NCBI GenBank assembly: GCA_973895155.1
Contig: OZ316892.1
Location: 21,639,619-21,703,618, forward strand
Reading direction: 5' to 3'
Length of the DNA stretch: 64,000 bases
Source: Marsupella aquatica
Taxonomy: Eukaryota > Plantae > Marchantiophyta
Shown here one piece after another: positions 1 through 12,822 of the stretch (position 1 is its first letter; every line of letters begins with the position of its first letter). The notes beneath the pieces were generated by a model, which was not told the origin of the DNA, made no database searches, and was given only the letters and a program-made list of their open reading frames with translations. Position numbers and translations under genes: made by a program.

Positions 1-879
1 AAGGAACAAAAAATGATTCAATTAAGACAAAAAGAGTTATGAATGAAGAATTTGACAAAGAACACAAACTCAAGTAAAGACAAAGAGAGTAATGAATGAT
101 TACTTTGGAATAAAGTACAAGAAAACATCAACTCCAATAAAGACAAAGAGTATTATAAATGCTAGGAAAACTTTGGTATTTTACTATGCAAGGTTCTAAT
201 TAAAAATTAAGAATGAAGTTTTTTTCTAAGTGAATGCAAATAAGTATTCCAATCCACTAAAACTTATGTGAACATTAGAGATTTGGGAATGAGAGAGTTG
301 GAGTAACTATTGCTACTTAAATTTGTTGAGATTCAAAAATATTAAAATGACTAACTCATGAATTCATGAATCATTTCTAAGGGAGGGTTACACTTTGAAA
401 ATAATAATATTGTAATTGGTTTGTGTGAGATAGATTAAAGACAAACAATTCATTACAAGACTCATTTGAAATTTTTAGTCTATATATGAAAGTGTTTTAG
501 ATATTTTTGATTCCAATCAACTTTAAGATGATATTTTAAGGATAAACTAGACAAATGATCTCTTGAACATGTGCAAGTGCATATTGTTAAGATTGAAAAT
601 AGATCGTACGAAGATTAATAATTTATTATGGTTCATTTTATGTTTTGAATGGCTCAAAATGATAACATATTTTGGGCATTTTTTCCATCCATGAAGATTT
701 TGCAGAGAAAGGGATAGTTTTTAGGTTCATTTTGGGACATTTTTGAGCTTTTTGCGCTTTTGGAGCAAAAGTTCTTTTAGTTTGGGTTTATTACCCATCC
801 TTTTTGGCTCCTTGTTACACGGTATGCACACACAAGGGGTGACTTAAAACCCCTTTAAAAAATAGTCAAACATAAGGAA

Positions 880-1911
880 AAGTGTCGTTACACACCTTTG
901 TCGTTGTCGTTTACACGAGAAAAGTGAACGCCATCGACGGGAAAAGTTGCCGAATTTCACCGGCACAGTCTGCTACTCCAGCAGAGAAAAAACTTCCATC
1001 ACGTTGCCTTCACTTTGTGCCAAGTGCCAATCCCAGACTCAAAATGACCGCTTTGTCGCAATTTCACCGTTGAGCCCTAGCACTTAGCATTTCTTCCTCT
1101 GAGTTGGAGTCACGACATGAAAACCCGGTTCAGATGGGAACAAGCTCCATAGCCTGTAAAAAAATCTGAACGCCTCTTTCAATCATCACGATGCACTCAA
1201 TAACCACTTGGCAACAACCCAGCTACCGAAACGATCAGCTTGCTACAATCTTCAACTTGAGCTATAACATGCAATGCCTCTGGCACCGCATAGCTCACCC
1301 TATTGAAAACACAAGCTCTGGTTTCTCCCCCGTAAAACTGTCAAACACAAATAAATCCAGAATGACACAAACTCTGATTCCTCTGCACCACGGATACCAA
1401 CCAATGAGTTCTATACACCAATAGAAATCCCTCTCACTAATCCTATCCGATCAGCCACACAATTCAAGTTTTGTGCGATGAAACTCCAAATGCAACATCG
1501 ACACTGAACGCTGGAAAAACCGTCATGAAAAACCTCGTCACCTCCCAGGCATGCTCTGATACCAATTGTTAAGCATAGACGACAATTGCAACGGCAAGTC
1601 CATGAACCATCCAACGCACAAGAGCCGACATAGAGAGATATGTGGTTCACCTCCTCATGAGGCTACGTCCACGGGAATACTCATGAGCTTTACTGCACTC
1701 TAGGCCGACCGGCCATACCAAGCATCCACCACGCAAGCTTTCTCTATCTCTCAACTAGCTTTGTAACAATGAGCCTGAGTTCCCACTCTCCAAGCAAACA
1801 CCGTTTGGTTATAGAGTGTGCACAGCATGACTAACCTAACTAAGTCTGCAACTAAGGTTAGCCTTAACTACTGTACAGTCGTAACTCTAGACCTAAGAGT
1901 AAATCCTAACA
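880..1911 (-). mobile_element. 5' end of a Ty1/Copia LTR retrotransposon: LTR 1567-1911, Met-tRNA PBS 1553-1564, untranslated leader
   Basis: LTR is bounded by TGTT..AACA (345 bp). GCTCTGATACCA is the reverse complement of the PBS TGGTATCAGAGC. The LTR is closely similar to 58363-58707 and to the reverse complement of about 59570-59910, which precedes a Copia gag-pol. Left limit is approximate. Confidence 0.85.
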
Positions 1912-3094
1912 AGCTCTCTCACTTGCCAAATCCTGCCAAACAGCAGCCCAACCGTGTTCAATCTCCCAAGGGAACTTGCATTGGGGAGGCAAGGCCAAGT
2001 AGGTGAGGAGGTAATTGAGTTCCAAGGGTGCTTGGCCCCTAGGTCATCAGTGGGGAAAACTGGGAGTTGGTTGCTAGTGTCGGGGCCATTCTGGTCCCGG
2101 CGTGTTGGGACAAGCTTTAGGACAAGCTACGCTAATTGGGCCATGAGCATGTCCTGGGGTCAGGGCGGTCAATTGGTGATGGATAGGTACAAGGGGGAAC
2201 CCGGGCCGCGCCCAAGGAAGGAGCTATTCTGGATGAATAGTGGGTGTAGGTTTTGGTTCCAACTTATGGCATCGGGATGACCTATCGCTGACCTATTTAC
2301 CAACATCTTGTTGAGCTTGAGTTAGGATTCTAGACTTGGTGAGTTCTAGATCCTGAAGGGTTACTTACCAAGGTGCTTGATTGCTTGTGCAGACAGTGAG
2401 GACCGTTGAGTAGCAGTCGTGTTGGAGAGCAAGTGTGGCTTTGTATGGGAGAGGCCGCTGGCGGTGTAAGAGGGCACTGGGTTGCTTGCTTGAGGTATTC
2501 CGTGGAGGCGTTCGAGCACCAGGGGCACTTAGACCACGTGAGTGCTGGGATTGGTGAGGGCATTGGGTGACACGGTCCACCACTTTGATGCAAGACAATG
2601 GTCTTGGGAGTTCCGAGATCAAGACGGGTTCTTACCGATTGGTTGGTTGCTTGTGCAGATAGTAAAGACCGTTGAGCGACTGTTGTGCTGACAAGGGCAA
2701 GTACAGCTTTGTATGGGAGGGGTTGCTAACGACAAGGAGTATAGTCGGAGAGAACTTGCCCCAACATTCCGTGTTAGTGCAAGGTTCAACTTGTTTCAAG
2801 GTTGAGAAGCGAGTTTGGACGGGCACGTGGTGGGAGGTCCACCACTGTCATTATGTAAAGGATCTTGGGTCCAGGCAAGGGCCAAGGCGGCAATCAGGCA
2901 CAACAGGTTGGGGTGAGGAGGTAGGGAGAGCTACAAGGAGGGAGCCGGGCCAAAGAGGGACTCATTGTCTTTGACTTTGGGCACACGGTTCTTAAGATGG
3001 GGAATTGGGGGGAGTTGTGGCTCCCTTGTCAGGTTGTAGAGGCCCATCATTGTTGGTCCCTTGGAGATTGCAATAGGCAGTTGTCATTCAATCG
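1912..3094. mobile_element. Degenerate repeat/TE remnant, left half; it continues at 29836-30561 after removal of the Mutator-like insertion
   Basis: TSD TTCAATCG(G) at 3087-3095 recurs at 29827-29835. Contains a diverged ~266-bp direct repeat (2364-2890). No credible protein. Confidence 0.5.
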
Positions 3095-3296
3095 GAGGTT
3101 TTTCTCCATGACAGGAAACAGGAAAACATAACAGTAAAAGAAGATAGGGTTATACTTTAAACATTCGCCATCCATCAATAAAAATAGGGTTCGAGAGAAC
3201 AGTTATAAAACGAAGTTCAAAAGTAAAGCCTGAGAAAAATGGCTCCATGTATTAGTAGGATGTATTATCAGCTAGAAAGGTGAGGTTCAGAAATAC

Positions 3297-4838
3297 TTGG
3301 GCGCACCAATTGGGGTGGGGCTGCAGACAGAACAGCTGCATAAATTCTGTTTAGACAAGATCAGCTCTCGTCTTTCTACTTGGGTAAACAAGCTATTGTC
3401 ATTCACAGGTAGAACCCTTTTGGTTAAGCATATTTTGCAAGCAATTCCTATATATCATGTGATGTACTGTAAAGCCTCTGCTAGTCTGGTGAAGAAGTTG
3501 ATTGCTCTTAGTCGAGATTTCTTATGGGGATACAATGCCATAGGGGGAAGGAAGATCCCCCTGGTGGCCTGGGAAAGGCTGGCACTTCCTAGGGTGGAGG
3601 GGGGTCTGGGATTTAAGGACTTCAGAAGCCACTCAGATGCATTGCTCTCCCAATGGTTCACTAAAGCACTTAACTCCCCGGACCTAGAATGGTCTAGAAT
3701 GCTTGCTGCAAATCTGGCTCTGATGGGATGGATGAACTACAAAGTGATCAGACAAAATCGATATTCCTTTCAAGACCAGCTATTACTGTGTACACCAAGG
3801 TCATATAGTGGCCTTCCATATACAAGTGGACTATGGAGGAGTTGGACGATGCTCAGAGTGCACCTGTCTTTTGAACCTGGCAGGCTTGGGGTTCCGGCGC
3901 GATGGAGCATCTATGACACCTTACATTGCCTTGCAGGATTCCACTCCCATTTGAATGAGGCCATTGTTGGGGTTGCTACCATTTGTGGTAGACTAGGAAT
4001 GAGATCTATTGGGGACGGATGGTCTTTGGAGGATAGAGCCTGGAAGGAACTCCCAATGAGATGGCACAGCTTGCGGGGTTTCACTACTCAGCACCGAGCA
4101 CTTGCACACTCATTCCTAGAATACCTGTGGAACACCAATGAATGTAGGACTGACTTTTACCTATATGCCAAACAATGGAGGTGGGCTGACAAAACAGAGA
4201 AGTTGAAGGATTTCAGGGTGGATAACTGTCGTGTTTATGAATTCCTGCGGCCCAAAAGCTCAAATCATGATCACCTTAACTGGATCTGGTCCATTTCTCG
4301 ACCTGAATTGAGATGGAACTTGGGGTGGTCTAGACTGTGGGGCTCTGATTTGCCAACCAAGGGCAAGACATTCATCTGGAGAATTATTGTTGGGGGTCTA
4401 TTCACGGGTGCTAGGGCACTTAGAATTGGTGTGAGCAATGGTGATTACAAGGTGTGTAGCGGTACCTTATAGACCATCCCCCACATGTTCTTTGGATATG
4501 CATTTGCTGTGAGGTGCTGGGGACTCTACCACTGCTTCTTACGTGAGCTGGGCTTACCAATTGGCCAGGGGCTGCTGACTTTGTTGGACTCTGCTTATGG
4601 GAGGGACCCTGAGCAGATTGCCAAACTATTTGTCTTGCAACAGATTTTATGGAGGTTGTGGCTTGGTAGGAACTCCCATATGTTCAATGCAGGTGGTAGA
4701 CGTACATTTGATATGGGCCTAGTGCTTTCTAAGGCTGCTGAGTGCTTGAATGTTGTGAGTAGATGCTCACCCCCTGGTAGAAAGAACACCTGGTTGTGCC
4801 GGGCAAAAGATAGGATTGACAGTTTACATAGGCTCTAG
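3297..4838 (+). pseudogene. LINE ORF2 C-terminal part (RT thumb, zf-RVT) with an in-frame stop at 4470-4472
   Basis: ORFs 3297-4472 and 4485-4838 are in the same frame. LWGSDLPTKGKTFIWRI...C..TL*TIPHMFF is typical of the plant L1 zf-RVT region. Confidence 0.85.
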
Positions 4839-7009
4839 CTTAGTGATGGCAGGGGCTGTATTTCGACTGGTGGATGACCCTGTGCCCACAAATGGATTAG
4901 AATGCGTGATTAGTGTCACCTGCTTATCAAACAATTTACACGACAAATACATATTTACTCCTACTAAAATCATTTGTTATCATATGACGGGAACGTGGAG
5001 GGATGCTATTAGGATTCTATTGCATGTAGGATGAGTATGTTTATTTATGCTCCCGGAAATATAGTTTTTGATCAAGTCTATCGACTAGTCCCGTTGCTTT
5101 TGATCAAGTCCCATGGACTACGCCACACACACACTCCTACTGGTCGTTGGTGGAGTGTTGTCACCACCCCCCCCCCACTCACATGGTCGACCCATCCGTG
5201 CAAGTATTCTTTAGGCACTTCTTGGGGAAAGAACACAATCGTGAACCAGACAAGATAATGCCACACCAAAACTTGAGGAATCAAACCAAATCCATATATT
5301 TTGGCAAAACGTCGTAACACATTGCAAGGACAACCCGGCCTCCTGCCGTCTACCCAACTACTGCCTCACTGGGGCAAGTGCTACACCTCTACCTCACTAC
5401 TCTGGCTTGATTCCCTCTTCTGGCTATGAGCTAACTTCCCTAAGCAAACACTAGACTGAGTTCCCCCCCTAACTACTCTGGGGCTCTCCCCCTAAATACT
5501 CAAAATAACCCACCAAAGCACCCGGTCACAAGGATGGCGGCTTACCCTAGCGGCACCGCTAAACCCTTCACTAAGAAACCCCTAAACTAAAAGCATGCGG
5601 CACACACATGCTTCTAAAACCCTAAATCCTAAACTAACAATGGGGCCGACGGTGCCTTCGACGGCGCCCCAACGTTACTCCGTGAACCATGAAATTGCAA
5701 GGAACCCCACAATGGCCGAAACTAGGCGCCCTTCCAGTTGCACTTCTGATTTCACCCTTGGATAGCCCTCCTCCTCCTGATCATGAATCACTCAACCGCT
5801 CTTGAAACGGACATCGGACGACCAAGTTATGGCCGTTTCAGTATCCCATAAACCCAACTTCACCGGGCCCTAACTTGCTCATCCTGGCTCCGTTTGAGGA
5901 ACCCTGCCTCTTGTTGGAATCAGCTCCGCGAGCTCTTTCCAACAAGCCCGTGAGTGACTCCTCACAAAAAAGTTGGAAAGTCAAGGGGCCGTACAACCAC
6001 GTCCGTACGACCACTCTAATCCTCCTCCTCTTCACTCACGGTGCCCTGGCTTGAGCCCCGTGAGTGGGCCTCCTTATCACTCTCCACTGGAGTGAGTGCC
6101 ACTTCACTCCTCTTCTTCTTCACCGGGGTACTCCTTGTGCTAGTGCTCCCCTGTTTCCTCAAATTGGCCAAGGCCTGCCACGCCTTAATGTACCCTTCAC
6201 CAATGGTGTTCTTCCATAAGGTCGCCTCTTCATCGGACCGCAACTCCAACGGTAAAACCTGCCTGGTGGCCATGCACTAGTATATTTTTGGTCTCTTTCC
6301 GATACTCAAATCGCGGCTTCTTTGACCCGTCCAAAACTGAACGCATCGGAAAAATTCCGATATTAAACCCATCGTAATTTCCGATTCAAAATATATCGGA
6401 ACTAAAGGTACCGATGTAAAATGCATCGCAAACTATATCCCATACCAGCACTATTGGATAATGTCCAAAATTAATAGCATCGCAAAGAGACGACAAAAAT
6501 AAGGCTTTAGCTTCCGATGCAATAACACTCAGACCTGAGGCTCATTGGAAAAACAAACGGACATGGTCCGATATTTAAAACAACGGACATAATATTGGGA
6601 AAGATATTGCTTCGGAACCTAGGTGCGATAGTAAAAGTAACGGAAGGTGTCCGAAGGTAAGCATATCGGACCCCTCCTTCATCATTTTTTCCGAGAGGTC
6701 CGATGTTTTCTAGAACGGAAAAATGTTTCCGATAGGTTTTGAATCACATGTGTCCCGTCACTTTCAATATCGGAAAGAGGTTTAGTTCTCCGGCCGAGTA
6801 CCGATGCCTGTGCGATGTAGATTCCATGGGATTGACAATGGGACATTGTATTGTGGTCATGGTTTGATTATGGATTTTTGTAGCAATATAGTTTATGCAA
6901 TGGTAGAGAGTGAGAACACATGAAATGCCGATAAATATGTAATGCCAATAAAATAGCCACAAATAAGATGGTAGGGGTTAGCTACGCCTTTGATGTACTA
7001 GATATTGAT

Positions 7010-10000
7010 CTAACTAGTGGAGGGAATGTCAGTATCTTCCACTATAACTACATTAGGTCTATCGTGGACGATGGATCGTGATCGTGGAATGTATGCCATG
7101 ACAATGCACCAATATGAGTCATCTGGATAGGGTAGGTAAAAACATTGTTCAAGGTGATGGGGGAACGCAAAGGGATTTGAGGACCTCCAATTTGAGCTGA
7201 TGACACTATTTGCGGTTGTCTTCAACCGGGTAAAACCGCATGCATCATCTTCACATGTCCAGTTGTGGCCCACAAGATTCATCTTGAACCATTTGCACTT
7301 TAATACCACTTCCTCCAAAGTAGTATGTGCATGGTACTTTATGGTAAGGATTTCCTCAATCTTTCCATAATGGGCGACGGTGGACCGAATGGGATTCCTG
7401 TCTAATGTGCTACTCTGTGAATCCTGGGTGAACCAACCCATCACGCCACAATCTTGTGTAGCTGCCCTCTTCTCATCAAGTCGTTCAACACGAAAATGTC
7501 TCCCCTTGGACCACATGGCTATCCGAGTCGTGACTATAAGTAGTGGACCATGAATCAAGGTACAAAGCTTATCAGTCACCTTTGGGAAGTGTGATATGCT
7601 CTCCCCAATACCCACCAAGGCATCCACTTCTAGCATCTTTGACTTCATGTATGGGTGAAACTTGGGCAATAATCGTGGTCGCCGACTGTTTTTCTTCTCC
7701 TCCTCATAAAATGTTGTCCACTCCCCTACAACCTCTGGTGAATTATACAACATAAATGTTGTGAGCTGCAAACGCTCCGTTGAGCTCAAGAGACGCTCTC
7801 CTGATGCCCCAGTGAGTCTATCATCCTCATAGTCCGCCTCTCGCGCTGCCTTATGTATCCATCCCCTAGGAGCGTTAGGATCTAGTATGGCAACTATGTT
7901 TGTACAATAAAACATACTCTTTGCTCCAAGATGACGCTCTGCGATGCTACCTTCCACCCTAGCGCGATTAGAGACGTACGACTTCATCACCCCCATATAA
8001 CGCTCAACCCAATACATCCATCGACAATGCACTGGGCCTGCAATTGCAACCTCATGCACTAAATGTATGAGAAAATGAACCTGGCCATCAAAGAAAGAGG
8101 GAGGGAGTGCCTTCTCCAACTTACAAATAACCTCTACTCCAAATATCTCCATTGCAGCAATTTCATCCTCCTGTACCTCCTTCTGACATACCCATCTCAA
8201 AAGCTTTCCCAATGACCAAAGGGCATCACGAAGTTCCTCACTACCCAATCCAATAATCGCAACTGGAATGACATGTTCTAGTAACCGATGATAATCATGT
8301 GTTTTCAAGTAAGATGGCCATTTTGGAGAATCATCCCCCCCAAATGCTTTTCGGAGATTTGCGCCATAACCTGTGGGAAACCTCATTGACCCAATACGTC
8401 TGCAAAACTCAGTGCGCTCTGCCCTAGTCAAAACCCAAGGTGGATGGATGCTAGGGGGGTCTCCAGGGGGGTCCAAAGATGGCCAAAAACCAAGAAGACC
8501 ATGCATCCCCATCTCCTCACAACTTTCTCTCCAATTGTGGTTCTTCTCCCCATATAGATGACGAATCAATGACCTCCCCACATTCCCCTCAATGTGCATC
8601 GGATCTAACAAGTGATTAATGGGCATCTCTGACCAATATGGCAACTGTGATAATGCAGACAAATGGGTCATGCCACATCTGAGAAATTGTAATGGATCAT
8701 CTGGGTCTTGAACTCTTTGCCATACCTCTCTCCAATATGCTGGATCCTTTCACTGAGGTTGAGGACGGGTATCAGGTTGGCCCTCATCAGTGTCATACAG
8801 GAAGTGGTCACTCCTCCAAGGATGGTCTGTTGGAAGATATTTGGTATGACCAATGTAAACTATCTTCCACAAAGTAGTTGACTTGCGTCTTGCCACTCCC
8901 TCCAAATCTGGTCCACATGAAGGGCAAGCTCGATAGCCTGATGTTTGCAATCCAGAGATATATCCAAACCCTATGATTGGTCAAGGGACAGCCAGCCAAT
9001 GAAAGAAGGTTAGAGAAAAGAATACAATTTTTAATTAAGTGCAAGATTGATGAAATAGGGTTAAATTAATTGCAAGGTTTACTGTGATTACTTGGTAAAT
9101 CATGCATGGTCCACATAAGAATGGCCTTGAGGGTGAATGCGCGAGATAAACCTCCAGTGTTGCGACGTCCGTCATAACAATCCAAGTCTCCCCTCCAAAG
9201 TTGCAAAAGCTCATCAATCAAAGGTTGCAAGTAGATGTCAATCTTTTTTACTTGCTAAGGACCGGGGATGATCATTGAGAGTAGTAGATGACCTTTCTTC
9301 ATGGCCATCCATGGAGGGATATTGTAGTTTGTTAGAACTACTGGCCATACTGAATATGGTTTTGCTTTACCTGCCAATGCAAAAGGGCTAATACCATCTG
9401 CTACCAATCCAAGTCTCACATGTCGTGGGTCAGTTTTGAACTCACCCCATCTATCCTCTACAAATCGATTGGCAAGAGAGTCAACCATCATTCGCATGGC
9501 ACTGGAGTCTGTACCCATATCAGAACGATGTTGTGAGTGCCATACCATATACTCAGCCAACTCTGCACAACGGTATTGATTTTGCAATCGAGGGATGAGA
9601 GGAAAATACCGCATAACTTTTTGAGGCACCTTCCCTGTCAACATGTCATCACGGTACCGCGGCTTCTCACACTCAGGACATATGATTGCATTTTCATGCT
9701 CACCCCTAAAAAGAATGCAGTCATTTACACATGCATGTATCACTTCATACTTTAGACCAATGGACTTCAACACCTGTTTAGCCTCCTTCCAAGACCTTGG
9801 CATGTTGTTGCCTGGTGGTAAAATGCGATCATGTAGGGTACGAAAAACATCATCCAAAAGTAGGTTGCTGGCCCCATGTCTTTGTTGCACATTCAACAAT
9901 AACATTATTGCTGAGAGCCGAGATAACCTACTCCCCTCAAATATGCGAGTACGAGCATGACGTTGAGCCTCTTCCCATTCCTTCTGCTGGCCCCCCCTAG

Positions 10001-10232
10001 AAGGATGAGTGGTGTTGTCGTCGGTTAAACCCATGTCCTCCATACCAATATCAGCATCATCTTCATAAAATTGGTTCATGAGCCCATCGATGGCCAGCTC
10101 ATCTTCAAGCCGATCTTGGGTAGAGTCATCATCCTCATGTTGTACCTCATTCTCCTCCCCATCATTGGCCACCATGGCCTCAACAAGGTGTTGCCGCATA
10201 GCTCGTGATATTACCCCAATATCAGGCACCAC
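7010..10232 (-). pseudogene. CACTA Tnp2-type transposase (Transposase_21, DUF4218/DUF4216-like regions), spliced and frameshifted
   Basis: Motifs IHACVNDCILFRGE..CPEC, RYFPLIPRLQ, LGLVADGISPF, YSVWPVVLTNYNIPPW, LDPMHIEGNV, LKTHDYHRLL, PPSFFDGQVHFLIHL, GPVHCRWMYWVERYM. Confidence 0.92.
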
Positions 10233-10361
10233 ATATTGATTCTATCATACAACATCAATGCATGCAATCTCATCAACATCAATATTGTGAACAACCAATT
10301 ATCCAATGTTAAAAATGGAAAAGAATCCGATATATATATGTATATATGTAAGTCCAAGAAA

Positions 10362-11652
10362 CTATCTTGGACAGGAACGTAGGGACAATTTTGGTGCATC
10401 CCACTCATAATCACACAATAACTCCTCACCAGCTCTAATGGTCCTAACAGCGACCATCATGATGTGATCATCCATATGTTTCACAAAATATGGAGCTCTA
10501 GGTGGACCAAACATCTGGATCCACTCTACATTAGCCTCCAAATCTCTACCTCTACCCATGGTACTATTGATGTACCCTGCTAAATTACAATTCCGAACAG
10601 GGTCACCATCAATCATCCTACAATGCCACGGCCTAGTGAAGACCTCGTCTGGGTCTGAGTCCATCCTCAATGCGTACACCCCCCAACTTGGGTGTTGACA
10701 CAACAAAATGTTCCAACTCTTAGCGTTGTATACAGCTCCAATGTAAGGGAAAAGGTGCTCTCCATCATAGCCACGTCTCCATGGCTTTGGAGGGACAATA
10801 ATGTCCTCCAAAGCATATAGACCATATCCTATATCAGCACCAATGGAGGAATCTTTCACTATCCAAGAGCGACCCCATATCTCAATCGGTTCATTAATAG
10901 GAATGTAGTCTGGAAATTTGAAGAGACTAGGATCAAAGTCTTTCAAAACGTTGGTTGCCCTACCAGTGAGATAAGATGCTCCAAACCGTCCGTCAACCCC
11001 AATATAATCTACATTGTTGGATGGTCGGGCACTGCCTAACACCTCCTCCCTGTTGTCTACCTGTTCCAGTGGCTCATATTGCCGTCTACGTCTGCGAGAC
11101 CGTGGTCGTGTACATAGGACTCTTGTACACCCAACCTCCGATCCAGAGACCGGTTCACCCTCTACATGCTCAACTATGGGGATAGGAGCAAGGGGGCTAA
11201 GAGGTGGATGGGCAAGGGGGGATGCAAGCAAGTCCCTTGCCCTTGCTAGAAACCCTTCTAGCCACACAACATCATCAACCAAAGGAGGTGGGGGTCTACG
11301 AGGCACCTATTTCAACACACAATAAATTAAGTAGTGTTATTTGAATGCAAGCTAATTATACAATATTTCACCAATTGCCATTTCATGAAATGAAAGGGGG
11401 GATGTATGTATAATTATTTACCTGGCTAGGCAAATAACCTGGCATATCACCCTCATGGCGACCATAGTTCTCAATGTGCTCACAAGTCTCCCAGGCATGT
11501 CGAACCACAAGTCCCTTGCATCTCACACACCAGCAAGGTATGGGCCCTAGTGGAGCACGAGGATGGTCAAGAGGAGGGGGTGGAGGAACCTCCCCCTCGG
11601 ACAAGCTCGTGTCAGAGTCTGAATCCAATGTGGAACTATCGGATGTAGACAT
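10362..11652 (-). CDS. CACTA-borne two-exon ORF: transposase-associated Zn motif (11422-11652) spliced to a SET-domain-like exon (10362-11306)
   Basis: Exon 1 has PCWCVRC...CEHI. Phase-0 GT..AG intron at 11421-11307. Exon 2 has GYGLYALEDI, NLAGYINS..ANVEW and VAVRTIRAGEELLCDY, which match SET motifs. Confidence 0.7.
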
Positions 11653-12822
11653 CTACATACATATCCAATTCAACATGTAAGTTAGATTAAACAACTTCTT
11701 GTGTCGATGTATATACAAACATAATTAAGGAGATTTACATAGAGAGACATTGCCCTACGTACCTCAATGATACCTGCGCTTTGCTGTGCCTATTGGGCTA
11801 TATTCTCGACACACAAAGTGTGGGATATCCAAAATCTCTGCAAGGTGGGCATTTCAATAGTGAGCTAAGTGAAAAAGTGCATGACATGCACACCTCGGCA
11901 AACGATGTGTCAAACTTGCCAAAGTAAACCTCTATGTTACAACTTGAGGAGAATACATGGATGGGCCAAGAAACATCATACCTCTTGGCCGCGCGGTCTA
12001 ACGCTATGCATAGTGCATTATCAAAAAAGACTACCAACCCTCCTCAAAAAAACTAATTAGCCTACCCCTCCATGCCAAAATCAAGGTACTGCACATCATA
12101 TCCAAACACAAACATTAGCCTAACAATGGTTTCACGTTATCATAAGAAAATGTACAACACTATCCTCATAAAAACCCTAAACCAATGTCTCAAGCAAGAC
12201 TATATAAGAATTGCATCATTATAGCCTAACATATTAGGTATGCACAACCAGAGTAAAATTATCCCCCAAAAAATGAAAATCAAGAACAAACCCAAAAAGT
12301 ATCCGTGAAGAAGGAACTAGTATGCACAAGAGTCACATGCACGTCACGGTCACCCTCCCAATGAGGTATGTATCACCCTACATTAAAAAACCTGTCAATT
12401 CAAATGGAAAGAAAATGTTAACACAACCATACCCAACCCAATTTCAAAAAACCCCAAAACTCTAGAATCCATACCCAATTCAACCCAAACTAAACACATT
12501 CCACCCCCTTTGGGAAAGAAAAGGTGCATCCGAAAGAATTCTATAAGGGGCCCGATACTATAAGAAATGGACAAACCTTGGCAAACAAAAGGCAACCCAT
12601 TAACACCGAGGGGTCCGATGTCAAACATATCGGAAGGTCCGATACCAATACCGATGTTCTCGGCTTTGGAAAGTCCGAAGCAATTTGCATCGGACGCAAC
12701 AGGCCAGATTTCAAAAAAGAAGTCCCGACGCTGGTGCGAAGACCTGCGAGTCGGGACAAGCTTCGCACTTGACACTTAGGCTATTGCCGAGGCTGGGAGG
12801 GGAGCTCAAAGGAGGAGGGGAG

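Noticed and set aside
1954-2974. Short ORFs as Copia gag/pol
   Set aside because: No recognisable retroviral motifs. The region lies outside the LTR and consists of a diverged ~266-bp repeat.
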